A DNA stretch of 64,000 bases from an uncultured virus (IMG/VR IMGVR_UViG_3300020578_005267) (taxonomy: Duplodnaviria; Heunggongvirae; Uroviricota; Caudoviricetes), in the IMG/VR virus record IMGVR_UViG_3300020578_005267. One strand, given 5' to 3'. Each line of letters opens with the position of its first letter. The stretch's first letter is position 1. The position numbers were made by a program, and so were the translations under genes. Below, one piece after another: positions 40,201 through 49,400 of this stretch. Below the pieces are notes generated by a model. The model searched no databases and was not told the origin of the DNA. It worked only from the letters and a program-made list of their open reading frames with translations.

Positions 40201-42175
40201 AAAATGAATTAATGAGACCATCTATGATATTTTTTTTGGTCTGATCTTTTAAAACCTTATTGACAATCACATTCAAAATTGATGGATGGTCAACAACTAT
40301 TTTCCAATTCAACGTGCCTGATCTTGATGTGGACTTATAAGTGTATATTGGTTCTGGCCTACCAAGAAACTCTGAAGTATTCCATCCGGTACTCACGTTT
40401 TCGTTCACGGAAAGTCCATACGGTGGAAACCACATTACTCTACCCCCGTTTGGTCCTTTTTCACAATCGGCTAAATCCTCAAACATTTTAGATGTTCTCC
40501 AAGCCAAGTTTTCAATTGAAAACATATACTTTTTAGCGTATGCTCCGTTTGCACCACCAATCAAATTACTTGAGTCTTGTCCTCCATTTCTCCTGTTTGG
40601 AACAATGTTTAGGTTGTATGTCTTATCGAAAATTGAGTATGAAAATCTTCTTCCCTCGGTTGTTATACCGTCGGTTTTTTGTAGGTCATTGTATTGTAAA
40701 AATGGAGTGTCTTTAGCAAATACTCTACAATACTCAGCACCAACCTCATTACCTATTTCACCAACATAAGAAATTACTTTAGATCCTTTAGTCATTTCTT
40801 TATATCCATCGTTGAATACCTTACTTACCTGGTCTATCGCATTACCAACATGCTCAAATTTCTTTTTGCCGGGTGGTTGGCTTTCTACAATTCGTTGTGT
40901 TTCATCTAATATAGAACCTGTTCTAAATTTAAATCTCGTAGAGTTCGAGTCATCATAAGTTGATGGGTCGTAATCAGGGTCCTCTCCCATCTCTTTTCCA
41001 CCTGGTCCAACATATTTTCCAGCGTTCTTACGATACTTTGGTGAAACCCATGTCATACCTCCTTCAATACCTCCACCATCAACGTAAGGTACTCCAGCGG
41101 CACCCAAACCTGGTGATTGTTCTACACCTTCATAAAGTTCTGCTAGCTCTGATGGACCGTAAACAGGTGATTGTACCGCTCTTCCAAAATGGTCTGTTGG
41201 TATATCACCCAAAGGTGAAAATACCATGCTCGGCTCAGATGTTCTTGATCCAACATAATAATTAGAACTATTTGCAGTACCTCTTACAATAGCCCCAGCT
41301 AGCCTATCGAAAAAGTTTCTGTCGTAATCAGGCTTGAACCTGTTCATATCTATGTTCCTGAATAGAACACTTTTTTGTCCTGGTCCTGTATTGAGTAGGA
41401 ATTTTTCGGATCCCGATTGTGGTGCACCTAATAGCCGTGCAAAGAATCTCCCAATTCCCGACTCAGGAATAAATGAAAAAGCTCTCTCAATTTGTTCAAT
41501 TGTAGTTGGTTGACCAAGTCTAATCTCTGTATCGAAATATGATCCTGGTATTGGTGAGAATGGTATGTAACTACCTGATAGTCTAACCGCCAGATCTGCT
41601 GCGGCAATCAGTGGGTTTGCTGGTCTTGTAATTTGATAGTTTGGCTCTATCAAAGGTATTCTATTAGTTAATACACCAAATAGGTTACTTCCACTTGCTG
41701 CTCCGGCAATATTTGCTCTTCCTACTGTTCTTTGATAAATCTCAAGAGCGATTCTTTCTTCGAATAATTTTTTTAGTTGTGTCGCACCAATCTTAGCAAT
41801 AAATGAGTCAGAACTTAAAAGACCATTAGATCCTAATGGATCTCTATCAAATAAGATATCTACAGGTGAGTAGAAAGATGAATTGAAATTTGGATATGGT
41901 TCAAACTCGGATTCTTTTATTACAGTTTGGGTCGAGTATTCAAATGGTGTATCAGGTGAATAAACATTGAATCTAGCCATTCTGTCGTTAAAAACAAAAA
42001 GTCCATATCCGCTTGGGTCGGGGCTAGCATCAACTACAGATTGGTCCGTAAGTATTGTAGAATACGCAATTTGACTCGGGTCGACGTATGGTGCCAACTT
42101 GTAAGGTCTCAGATTTCTTGTGAGAAGACGTTTTCTGAAAGCTTCGGTACTACCGTAATCTAATGGACTCGGCAT
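37298..42175 (-). CDS. Large tail-tube-initiator-like (gp48/gp54-type) protein with an inserted OmpA-like domain, 1625 aa
   Basis: WNTSEFLGRPEPIYTYKSTSRSGTLNWKIVVD and PPILILRVG tube-initiator-type motifs flank VYFDND...YNKELSERR...ACRRATI. Confidence 0.65.
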   Translation of the reverse strand: MPSPLDYGSTEAFRKRLLTRNLRPYKLAPYVDPSQIAYSTILTDQSVVDASPDPSGYGLFVFNDRMARFNVYSPDTPFEYSTQTVIKESEFEPYPNFNSSFYSPVDILFDRDPLGSNGLLSSDSFIAKIGATQLKKLFEERIALEIYQRTVGRANIAGAASGSNLFGVLTNRIPLIEPNYQITRPANPLIAAADLAVRLSGSYIPFSPIPGSYFDTEIRLGQPTTIEQIERAFSFIPESGIGRFFARLLGAPQSGSEKFLLNTGPGQKSVLFRNIDMNRFKPDYDRNFFDRLAGAIVRGTANSSNYYVGSRTSEPSMVFSPLGDIPTDHFGRAVQSPVYGPSELAELYEGVEQSPGLGAAGVPYVDGGGIEGGMTWVSPKYRKNAGKYVGPGGKEMGEDPDYDPSTYDDSNSTRFKFRTGSILDETQRIVESQPPGKKKFEHVGNAIDQVSKVFNDGYKEMTKGSKVISYVGEIGNEVGAEYCRVFAKDTPFLQYNDLQKTDGITTEGRRFSYSIFDKTYNLNIVPNRRNGGQDSSNLIGGANGAYAKKYMFSIENLAWRTSKMFEDLADCEKGPNGGRVMWFPPYGLSVNENVSTGWNTSEFLGRPEPIYTYKSTSRSGTLNWKIVVDHPSILNVIVNKVLKDQTKKNIIDGLINSFLAGCTKYDIYELAKKYATINRSDLFEIQRMLTNPSVTKEEIIEANAQLNVGIPGATNKVGTQSETKDPTPNTLDQYKNSSVYFDNDIPKKGQVGSYGGYYTVYTSPANQATYTKNATGPNGQKDPNAKQQVENMFRDGVIASFNVINNTSNFYNELKKILEDGYTVRIVIKGGASAPNTVNYNKELSERRVKSLIEYYKETDLNKFITSTPQTLIFKEESVGEQGVVEVNSKGVPVAGVTSVKTLKTEQINCTDGDGKNNNGVVNKDIYTRNAMACRRATITDITVVPKTSLPQNNQTTTQTISPAVPDGQAPQVVTGPTQTNVQGPTETITEVQRDNITKRVLRKFLTECDYFEVIKEETPLVFDNLKDKLQFFDPTFHSMTPEGLNTRLTFLQQCMRPGESIPTIKEVNGQTTVQYDQAVNTAFGAPPILILRVGDFYNIKIAPTSLGITYEPLLLDINPEGIGVQPMIASIQLGFNFIGGAGLKEPIDKLQNALSFNYYANTEIYDERADATDIESAQALDAEFIKNIQANETLNNLNALNDPNAYNGKGNSETIGVITRRSITDSQLDQGDINYNDIMNSLLNSSQTFFTNTINQSKTIVNQYGGVMLQQWGYERYYMEGLINSNGVTTNNLVGKSQNIEKRINKFFTDYETSINNGSNQFIEYLESKNFAFSPKIIRVIKKNFSTFVNEKRSSYYNAITQTIQESTQQQLNLTAILNRLNVLFQDSGSLLTDGYALQNGTIKIYQCAPVSPSTYNDMKSDITKVAVALKDFNEKLSTINTYNTSSGQIQGTVMRNGLKNQGGLETNVFIPLTNPNNPVGSGLFWEANGKTNKIGYMILNNVILNDKEYQNFRSKMIDNVINNAEFKGNQEIQRVFDEYWKIKVKPVYDGETKATQTLIEKFSKDHVADFMKFTPYNKGIERKFTFEQVLTPTNNQKNSIKDLGKTVNSNTSNKTWNNKVKFN

Positions 42176-42189
42176 TTAGTTAATTTTAT

Positions 42190-42197
42190 AATAAATA
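42190..42197 (-). promoter_or_regulatory. TATTTAT putative phage late-promoter motif
   Basis: 14 nt before ATG 42175. Confidence 0.6.
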
Positions 42198-42213
42198 GGG
42201 AAAACAGGATTTT

Positions 42214-44001
42214 TTATTTGTCAACTTTTTCCAATATCGAACGTCCTGTTGCATCTTTCATTCCTGATAATAAAGTATAAAGTTTTTTAGATCCTTCTTG
42301 TGATTCAATCCACTTTTCGATTGAACGTACAACTTCTCGGTTCATACTACCATCAGACTTGAATTCAAATGTAATTTTTCCGTCGTGATTTACGTTTTTG
42401 GTTTCTGTCACATTCACGTTCTTACTTATCTTTCCAAGATCCATCGTTGAAGACATTCCTTTTTGGAATTCACCTCTGCGAGATGACCCAGGTTTCAAAT
42501 AACCACTTATCATCTTACCAACCTCTGTCCTGTCATCTTTAAACCTTTCATAAAGAGAATCCATTAGTTTTTCAGGTATGGTTCCCATCTTATCGGCAAA
42601 CTTAGAAATATCCACCCCTGATCCTTTCAGTTTATCCATAAGTTCTTTACCAACATCTTGGAAAGATTTGTTTCCTTGGATTACATCTACCATTGTCTTT
42701 CCAAGTTCACTTATAGCATTACCTGTAAGTTTTTGTATATCCTCGGTACCAGGTGCAACTTTTTGAAATGCATCTGTGACACTCTCACCTAATTTTCTAG
42801 TCAATTCAGGTAGTTGTCTCAAACCATCAGCACCTGCAACTCCATATACTATTCTGTTTCTTATCGATGCAATATCACCCGCCATGACTCTTCCTGTATC
42901 CATTTGAGCCCTTGCAATTTCCTCCATGGTTTTAGGCTCTTTCTTATTTTGTTCTATGGCTTGCTTTAGTTGTTCTTCATTCAAATCTTTAATATTCTTG
43001 AATACTTCTTCTCCTTTTTCGTCTCTGACCTTAATTTGGTATTCCCCTCCCTTCATTTCTGCAATACTCGCTATGTACATCTTATCTTCTTCAGACATAT
43101 TACCGGTAAATTTGAGTTGTGATAATACTCTTTCTGAGTTTGCCGCAGCTAGTCCCATTTTACTAAAGTTTTCATAAGACATTCCCGCCGCCTTGGCAAG
43201 TTCTTTCATCTGTCTGATACCACCTGGGTCAATCTTGAAAGATCCCGTTTTTTCATCAAACGCTGTGAATTTTTTTGCAACTTCAGCTAAAGACATTTGT
43301 AGTCCAGCAGGATCATTGATTGATGCGTTCATCAAAGCAAATGGATCTCCTAGCAATCCAGTAGTCACTCCTAATCTTTGAAAAGCCGCTGCAGTTTCGA
43401 TAGCTCCTTCGGGATCAAAGACCTTATCTGCAAAGTTCTCGGCATCTCTCATATTAGCCCTCAACATTGCTGACTGAGCGGCCATTTTGGTCAGACCCAT
43501 TACCCCACCTTCAAAGTTGAACTTATTCAAAAGTTCGGCATTGTATACAACGTCTCCCATTATTTGTTGGGTGTTCATTCCTATAGACTGTACATAATTT
43601 ACAGCACCAATCATGTTTTCCTCTAAATTTCCAAACTGAATACCAACGTCAGTCATAGTACTAACAATAGATTCTATGTCTTTTCCTAACACTTTCGAAG
43701 TCGCAAATAATTCTGTGATTGCTTCACTCGATGCAACAACATTTCTTTTAGTGGCTGATGACGCAGCAATTATTGTCTCAGTTGCGTCTTTAGCTGTAGC
43801 GTCGAGTTTATTTAACTCAGGTGTTGCGAGAGATATTTCACGAACGGCATCACTAATTCGTTGTCTCATTTGACCGAAAGTTCGGTTTACATCTGAGGCA
43901 TATAGATTCAAAGCCTGTACTGCATCCGCAATTTGGCTTGGTATTGATCCGAATTTTTCAAATTCTTCCTTTGCCGATCCTATTTTATCATCCTGTGCCA
44001 T
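42214..44001 (-). CDS. Putative tape measure protein (595 aa)
   Basis: Ala/Gly/Met-rich, predicted helical; lies between the tail chaperone genes and the tube initiator. Confidence 0.6.
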   Translation of the reverse strand: MAQDDKIGSAKEEFEKFGSIPSQIADAVQALNLYASDVNRTFGQMRQRISDAVREISLATPELNKLDATAKDATETIIAASSATKRNVVASSEAITELFATSKVLGKDIESIVSTMTDVGIQFGNLEENMIGAVNYVQSIGMNTQQIMGDVVYNAELLNKFNFEGGVMGLTKMAAQSAMLRANMRDAENFADKVFDPEGAIETAAAFQRLGVTTGLLGDPFALMNASINDPAGLQMSLAEVAKKFTAFDEKTGSFKIDPGGIRQMKELAKAAGMSYENFSKMGLAAANSERVLSQLKFTGNMSEEDKMYIASIAEMKGGEYQIKVRDEKGEEVFKNIKDLNEEQLKQAIEQNKKEPKTMEEIARAQMDTGRVMAGDIASIRNRIVYGVAGADGLRQLPELTRKLGESVTDAFQKVAPGTEDIQKLTGNAISELGKTMVDVIQGNKSFQDVGKELMDKLKGSGVDISKFADKMGTIPEKLMDSLYERFKDDRTEVGKMISGYLKPGSSRRGEFQKGMSSTMDLGKISKNVNVTETKNVNHDGKITFEFKSDGSMNREVVRSIEKWIESQEGSKKLYTLLSGMKDATGRSILEKVDK

Positions 44002-44014
44002 TATTAGCTTTTCT

Positions 44015-44022
44015 TATAAATA
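44015..44022 (-). promoter_or_regulatory. TATTTAT putative phage late-promoter motif
   Basis: 13 nt before ATG 44001. Confidence 0.65.
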
Positions 44023-44023
44023 G

Positions 44024-44055
44024 AAGAGGGAACAATTTTAAGTTCCCTCTTTTTT
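44024..44055. terminator. Hairpin overlapping the end of the gp51-like ORF (T-run on the plus strand; possibly bidirectional)
   Basis: AAGAGGGAAC / GTTCCCTCTT 10-bp stem, 8-nt loop. Confidence 0.55.
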
Positions 44056-44220
44056 ATTATCTTCAACCCACTTTTCCAAAAGATATTTTCTTACGAATAT
44101 TGGCATCACTAAGAAGTCCTGCCAAGTTATCTTCAAAAGTGTATTCAAATAGTAGAATTCATCGATTTGAGACTTTCTATAATCAGAAGAAAGGACGAAA
44201 AAAGTCCACCCCAAAGCCAA
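44038..44220 (-). CDS. gp51-like tail/baseplate assembly chaperone segment, probably expressed as a frameshift extension of the upstream ORF
   Basis: EFYYL...WQDFLVMPIFVRKYLL pattern; only a TTG start, inside the upstream gene; +1 frame overlap at TTT TTT CGT. Confidence 0.65.
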   Translation of the reverse strand: MALGWTFFVLSSDYRKSQIDEFYYLNTLLKITWQDFLVMPIFVRKYLLEKWVEDNKKEGT

Positions 44221-44926
44221 CGAATACGGTCAGCTTATCTCCTGATGGGGTTGTTACAACACGTTGCATATCAAGTCTTGGCTCGTTGTCCTCCAAGAAT
44301 TTTCTTATGTGTTTTGAATCACCAATCAACATTTTACTTACAAATGTGGAGATTTGACCTCTGTCTCTCGATCCATCTAACTCAACAATTTGTCTTTCGA
44401 GTTTCCATGTAATTCTTGGAGCCGTCCTACCCTTAGGATATTGGTCAACCATTGTGGTAATCTCATTGAGTTGTCCAAGTGTGAGCGGTTTAATTTTAAC
44501 AATACTACCTGAAACAGGGAGTTTTGTTTCGAATAGACCTTCCTCGTTCGGTTCAATACCCTTTTTGATACTAAGTTCTGCAAGAGATAGTGTCGTCTCA
44601 AAAGTTTTATTTGTTTTCGGATCATTAACCGTCATTATAATCTCAGGACCAAATGAAGTGTTCCTCAAAAAAATGAGAATTGCTTCAATATCAGTTTCCA
44701 TAAGATCTTCAGGTTTTATGTCATGTTCAAATAATTTAGCTCTTATAAGATCAAGAGTAAGATTGTTACTCCCACCCATAATGATGTTCTCATCATTGGC
44801 TGTAAGATATCCAACTTTTACAGATGATTTTTTGTTCTTATAAAATACACCACCCGATGGTAGTGGAACCACATCATGTGGAAAACTTAGGTTTTGTGTT
44901 GCGTATTGTAGTGTTTGGTTATCCAT
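44183..44926 (-). CDS. gp26-like baseplate hub / tail assembly chaperone
   Basis: VPLPSGG, YLTANDENI, DIEAILIFLRNTSFG and LPVSG motifs, C-terminal DFFRP; directly downstream of the tube gene. Confidence 0.8.
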   Translation of the reverse strand: MDNQTLQYATQNLSFPHDVVPLPSGGVFYKNKKSSVKVGYLTANDENIIMGGSNNLTLDLIRAKLFEHDIKPEDLMETDIEAILIFLRNTSFGPEIIMTVNDPKTNKTFETTLSLAELSIKKGIEPNEEGLFETKLPVSGSIVKIKPLTLGQLNEITTMVDQYPKGRTAPRITWKLERQIVELDGSRDRGQISTFVSKMLIGDSKHIRKFLEDNEPRLDMQRVVTTPSGDKLTVFVGFGVDFFRPFF

Positions 44927-44958
44927 AAAAAAAACCGTGGAGTTTTGTCTCCACGGTT
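44927..44958 (-). terminator. Intrinsic terminator after the tail tube gene, abutting the next ATG
   Basis: AACCGTGGAG / CTCCACGGTT 10-bp stem followed by a T-run that ends at ATG 44926. Confidence 0.85.
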
Positions 44959-44990
44959 AAATATAAACTGACTTTACTTTTTTTAAAGAA

Positions 44991-45479
44991 TTAATATACA
45001 AGAACACATCTGTCCATTCTCAAGGTTGTAGTTATGTTTGCCAACGCATCTTGGCTATAATTTAGTGCGTTGAAGTTAACATCTGTCAAGAACGTACCAT
45101 AGAGTATCCATTTCTCAACCACTACTCCTGTTGGATCCAACATTTCAAGGTCAATGTCTTTTTTGTAACCCGCGGCGTAACCCATACGACCTGTAACAGA
45201 TTCTGCGTGTAAACGAACCCACTCCATAAGAGCTTGTGCTGCAGATGGTCCAATAGGATCTCGGAATGTTACATTGATTGGTTGCCAGTTGAATCTACCA
45301 GCAACATATGTTGATGTATTTAAAAATTGAATCTCTGTAGAAGCAATTGAAATGTGAGGTCTTGCAGCAGATTCTACAAACCACTCATTTATACCTAATG
45401 TCGAAGGAAATCTCAGAATAAATCGATTCTGACGTTTCGGTTCGTAAGGTATCGGCATTTTCATTAGTAAATCAGCCAT
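44991..45479 (-). CDS. Tail tube protein (gp19-like)
   Basis: EPKRQNRF, YVAGRFNWQPINVTFRD, YKKDIDLEMLD and WILYGTF motifs; downstream of the sheath. Confidence 0.9.
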   Translation of the reverse strand: MADLLMKMPIPYEPKRQNRFILRFPSTLGINEWFVESAARPHISIASTEIQFLNTSTYVAGRFNWQPINVTFRDPIGPSAAQALMEWVRLHAESVTGRMGYAAGYKKDIDLEMLDPTGVVVEKWILYGTFLTDVNFNALNYSQDALANITTTLRMDRCVLVY

Positions 45480-45511
45480 AATATATTAATTTTTGTTTTT
45501 GTCTTTATAAG

Positions 45512-45519
45512 TATAAATA
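45512..45519 (-). promoter_or_regulatory. TATTTAT putative phage late-promoter motif
   Basis: 32 nt before the tail tube ATG. Confidence 0.65.
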
Positions 45520-45570
45520 TATCCCTAAAAATTTTTTTCTATTTACTTAATCCTCAAAAAAAAATATTCA

Positions 45571-46392
45571 TTATTCCATCTTAGATTTTTTTCCAGTTCC
45601 AGTGTAATAAGTTTTAACAACATTATCTGAATCTTTTTCAAACCTTTTTCTCATAACTTCCACATTTTTTAAGTCGTCATCAGAAAATCCAATAGTAGGT
45701 GTGAATTTATTAGCAATATCTTTTTTAAGAAATGCTCTCTTGTTTAATAAAGCAGCCATGGCTTTGATGTAATTTACAAACCCTTCCATTGCTTCCACTT
45801 TTGCCTTTTCGGGGTTTTTTGCAGAATCCTCATTACCAAATGAGACTGGATGATATTTGTTTAACTCCAAATAGGTTTTTATTAATTCATCATCCGTCAT
45901 TTCTCCTTCACCCACAAAAGAACGGTATTTTCTCAGATTCTTAAGTAGTTCCTTTTTACTGATACCGTTGAAATCATTGATGATATAATTGTATACTCCT
46001 TGTTTTATAGTGTTTGGGTTGTGACCTCTTGCTGTGATAATAGAAAAAATTGACCCATTATTGATTGCCTCTTTGAAGTCGTCAAATGCTGGACCTACTT
46101 TAGCTTTCATTGCGTCGATAAGGAATTGTTTGTCTCCACTTGTTCTGAAATTTCTGAAAGGGTTTTCAGCAAGTCCCACAATAATATCACCTTTGTAATC
46201 TAAATTTTTTTTTCCTATCCTATCTCTATACTCAGCAAAATCAGCTGTTGACATACCCACCTCATCTCCATCTTTTGTTTTCAGGATAATTTCTGTTGGC
46301 ATGTGAACTATGTTATCGTCCCAATCAAAAGCATAATATTTCATATCGGGACTTCCCTTTTCTGTAAAACCTTCCCTAAATTCATTTTTCAT
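45571..46392 (-). CDS. HAD-superfamily hydrolase/phosphatase
   Basis: Motif I YAFDWDD, II ITARG, III K and IV GFSDDD. The track start (46425) lies inside the sheath terminator, so ATG 46392 is preferred. Confidence 0.7.
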   Translation of the reverse strand: MKNEFREGFTEKGSPDMKYYAFDWDDNIVHMPTEIILKTKDGDEVGMSTADFAEYRDRIGKKNLDYKGDIIVGLAENPFRNFRTSGDKQFLIDAMKAKVGPAFDDFKEAINNGSIFSIITARGHNPNTIKQGVYNYIINDFNGISKKELLKNLRKYRSFVGEGEMTDDELIKTYLELNKYHPVSFGNEDSAKNPEKAKVEAMEGFVNYIKAMAALLNKRAFLKKDIANKFTPTIGFSDDDLKNVEVMRKRFEKDSDNVVKTYYTGTGKKSKME

Positions 46393-46399
46393 CTTGGCT

Positions 46400-46423
46400 A
46401 AAAGGGGGGACATTGATCCCCCC
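46400..46423 (-). terminator. Intrinsic terminator after the tail sheath gene
   Basis: GGGGGGA-TCAATG-TCCCCCC then TTTT on the minus strand. Confidence 0.8.
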
Positions 46424-46434
46424 ATTATATTTTA

Positions 46435-49400
46435 TTAGATATTTTCGAATGTAGCACCTGCCGGTGTAATCAAAAACTCAATATCAATAAATTCAAGAGC
46501 TTTAGTTGGTTTGAGAAAAATCTTACCCGATAATGTATTTCTATCAAGATCCTCAGGTGAAGAAGAAACGGTCACACGGAAGTCGTACACACCTCTGTCT
46601 CTTCTGATTGAGTCCATAATAGGGTTAACACTATCCAAGAATTGTTGTCTTACAATTTCATCGTTTTGCTCGAACAACAATCTAACTGCTACAGCGGAAA
46701 TCAACTTACGAGCTTGTAGTAACAGTCTTCTAACGTTCAATCTGTCAAGAGCAGAGTCAGCAATTTGAAGTGTTTTGTTACCAAAAATTACAGTACCTAC
46801 ATCTGAAAAAGTCGCGATTGGGTTAATTCTTCCTTGATAAAGAGTGTCTCTATCCTCTTGAGTTAACTTGATCCGAGCCTTAATTGAATTTACCAAACCT
46901 CTTGTGTAACCCGCAGATGCGTACCAAGGGAAAGCAATGTTGTCAGTCAAAGCTAAGTTTCTACAAACCTCACCCGTTGCAGGGATGTAAAGTTGTGTGT
47001 TATTTACTGTGTCTCTTGTTAAGATCCAAGGATAGTAGGTAGCAGTGTAATTAGAATCTATACCTGTTTCTTCCAAATTGTTAACCGCCTCAGTTGGGTA
47101 AATTAAACCAATGTTATCGTATGTTGTTGGAAGGAACATATCGTAGTCAGGAGTAGTACAGATATAGATAGAATCTGCTCTGTCGTCCTCAACCATGTCT
47201 ACAGCATATTCAACTAGACCGCTGTTATTCACATAATCGATACCTGGAGAAACAAAAACATTAATGTTTGTAGCCTCAGGATTAGCAAAAGTCGCAATAC
47301 CAAGTTGGTAAGCGTAGAAATCACTGTTTCCCCAATTTGATACCAAGTCACCATAAGCATAGTCTCTGAAAGCACCCCAACCAGTAGCTGTAGGATATCT
47401 TGAGGTTGGACAAGCACCTTTGAGGTAACCTGAAGCACCTAAGATATATTCATCTGTATTGGTTCTTGATTCTCTGTAGATATCCCATCCATCAAATCCA
47501 CCAGCAAAACATATTGTGAATTTTCTAGCAAAGATTCTATAGTAAGGGTTTGTAGGAGAGGTAGGTTCAGAGTTGAAACTTGCAACACCAACTTCGAAAG
47601 CTGATTGACCACTTGTCATAAACGTATTTGCAATTTCCACAACAGTTGCGCCTGAGTCCATGTGGAAACCTTTTGTTCTATAATTGAAAGGTGTCTCAAC
47701 ATTTGTATCACAATGATCAGAAATATTTTGATACCCTTTAAACTGTAAAAGCGATTCATCAATACCTAATGTATTTGAGAAACCTAAAAATGTTCTTCTA
47801 ACATTATCACCCGAACTTGTAACAACATTTGAACCACCATTTGTCGTACCAAAAGGAGGATTGTAAATTACTTGACCAGGGAAATAGTAAGCTGTTTTAT
47901 AAATCGGTATAGGTGATTGATTATTTCCTGAATAATCTCTCATATTATATCCTTCGAATCCACAAGGAAGTGCATCAATAGGATATTCTTCTGAGAGCTC
48001 AACCATAATGTATGCCGAATTCAAAGGATACTCACCATCAGACGATCCAATCTTTTTAGCAACAAATGAGTTAGATGCTGGATCCATAGTACAGTTCGTG
48101 AATTTTTCAAGAACCACAGGATTAGCATCAGTATCGAAGAAAGATCTAACCACGATATCAAATGTCGAGTTGTTGAACGACATGTTCATGATAGAAATTT
48201 TTACCTGTGTATTTGCTGCGTCTCCGTCAGAAATAGAAACAAACTTGAATAGATTGTAAACTTTATTACCTCTAAGTTCCGAAACCACATACGGTGTTGT
48301 TGGACTTTGATATTCAAATAAGTTATTTGCGATTGAAGAAATATTTCCACCTCGTGCTTCAGGAAGTGATACGAAGTCTGGAACAATACCACGGATATAA
48401 CCGTTATTGTATGACCAGTTCAACATTGTTTGATATATCTCCTCAACAAAGACGGGGATATCCAACCTCGACTTAGAAAAGTTAGAAACACTTAATACTT
48501 TGGTTATGTATTCGGAATCGGAAGATTGGAATGATGTTTCGATTGAGAAAACATCACCTTCATATGTCTCACCTGTTATCGCGAATGTTGCATACGGGTT
48601 TGAAGTTAGACCTGAGTATGACCCAGAGGTGTCCAAACCAAGATCTGTTGAGCCTGTTACTTGATATCTCGGGCCTGCTGTGGTCGCGTTATAAAGAGAT
48701 ATACCTCTTGACCTCAAAGTAGCGACAACTAAGTTGTCGTACTCAGAGAAAGACGTACCTGAATAGGTATAAATAGTTCCACTCATAGCACCTGAAAAAA
48801 TTTCATATGTTGCTGAAGTTCCACCAGTTACTTTTGAACAGTAGGTTAAGAATGAATACCCTGTGTAACTATTTGTTGTAAGATCTGGTTTGTCAAATGT
48901 TGCATAATACCACTCATCATTTGTCTCTGCTGAGTATACTATGGTTGAATTATCCACATCACTACAATCAAACACGTTTTCTACAGTGTATGAAGATGGA
49001 TCAAAATCAGATGTATCAATAGCCCCGTACACATACAAACTATCTCCTGAAGTAGCACCCGAGGCATTAGCAATACCCATAATTTGAGATTCAATATCCT
49101 CTCTCAAAGAAGAGACAGAACCGTCGTTCTGAGTGTAAGGTATATCAAGAGTATCGAAGATAATGTCTGGTACTGTTGACCCTGTCGGCGATGTAGACGC
49201 GAGCTGAGTTATTGTAATTGTTCCACCACTGTTACCTGAGAAGGTGAAAGCGAAGTCAACAGGAGATCCCGAAGTTCCAATTGTTGATTGATCGACATTA
49301 GCTATTGTTGTGAAAGACCAAGAGGGTCCCGCATCATATCCTGATAGACCAAGAACTCTTGTCACGAACAATTGGTTCGATTGTTGAAGATACGACTTAG

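Noticed and set aside
43938..44843. Plus-strand ORFs 43938..44357, 44167..44412 and 44454..44843, and similar short antisense ORFs elsewhere
   Set aside because: They are antisense to well-supported genes and have no recognisable motifs.
46393..46425. Track N-terminus MGGSMSPLLAK of the HAD gene
   Set aside because: It is encoded by the sheath terminator hairpin; ATG 46392 is more plausible.
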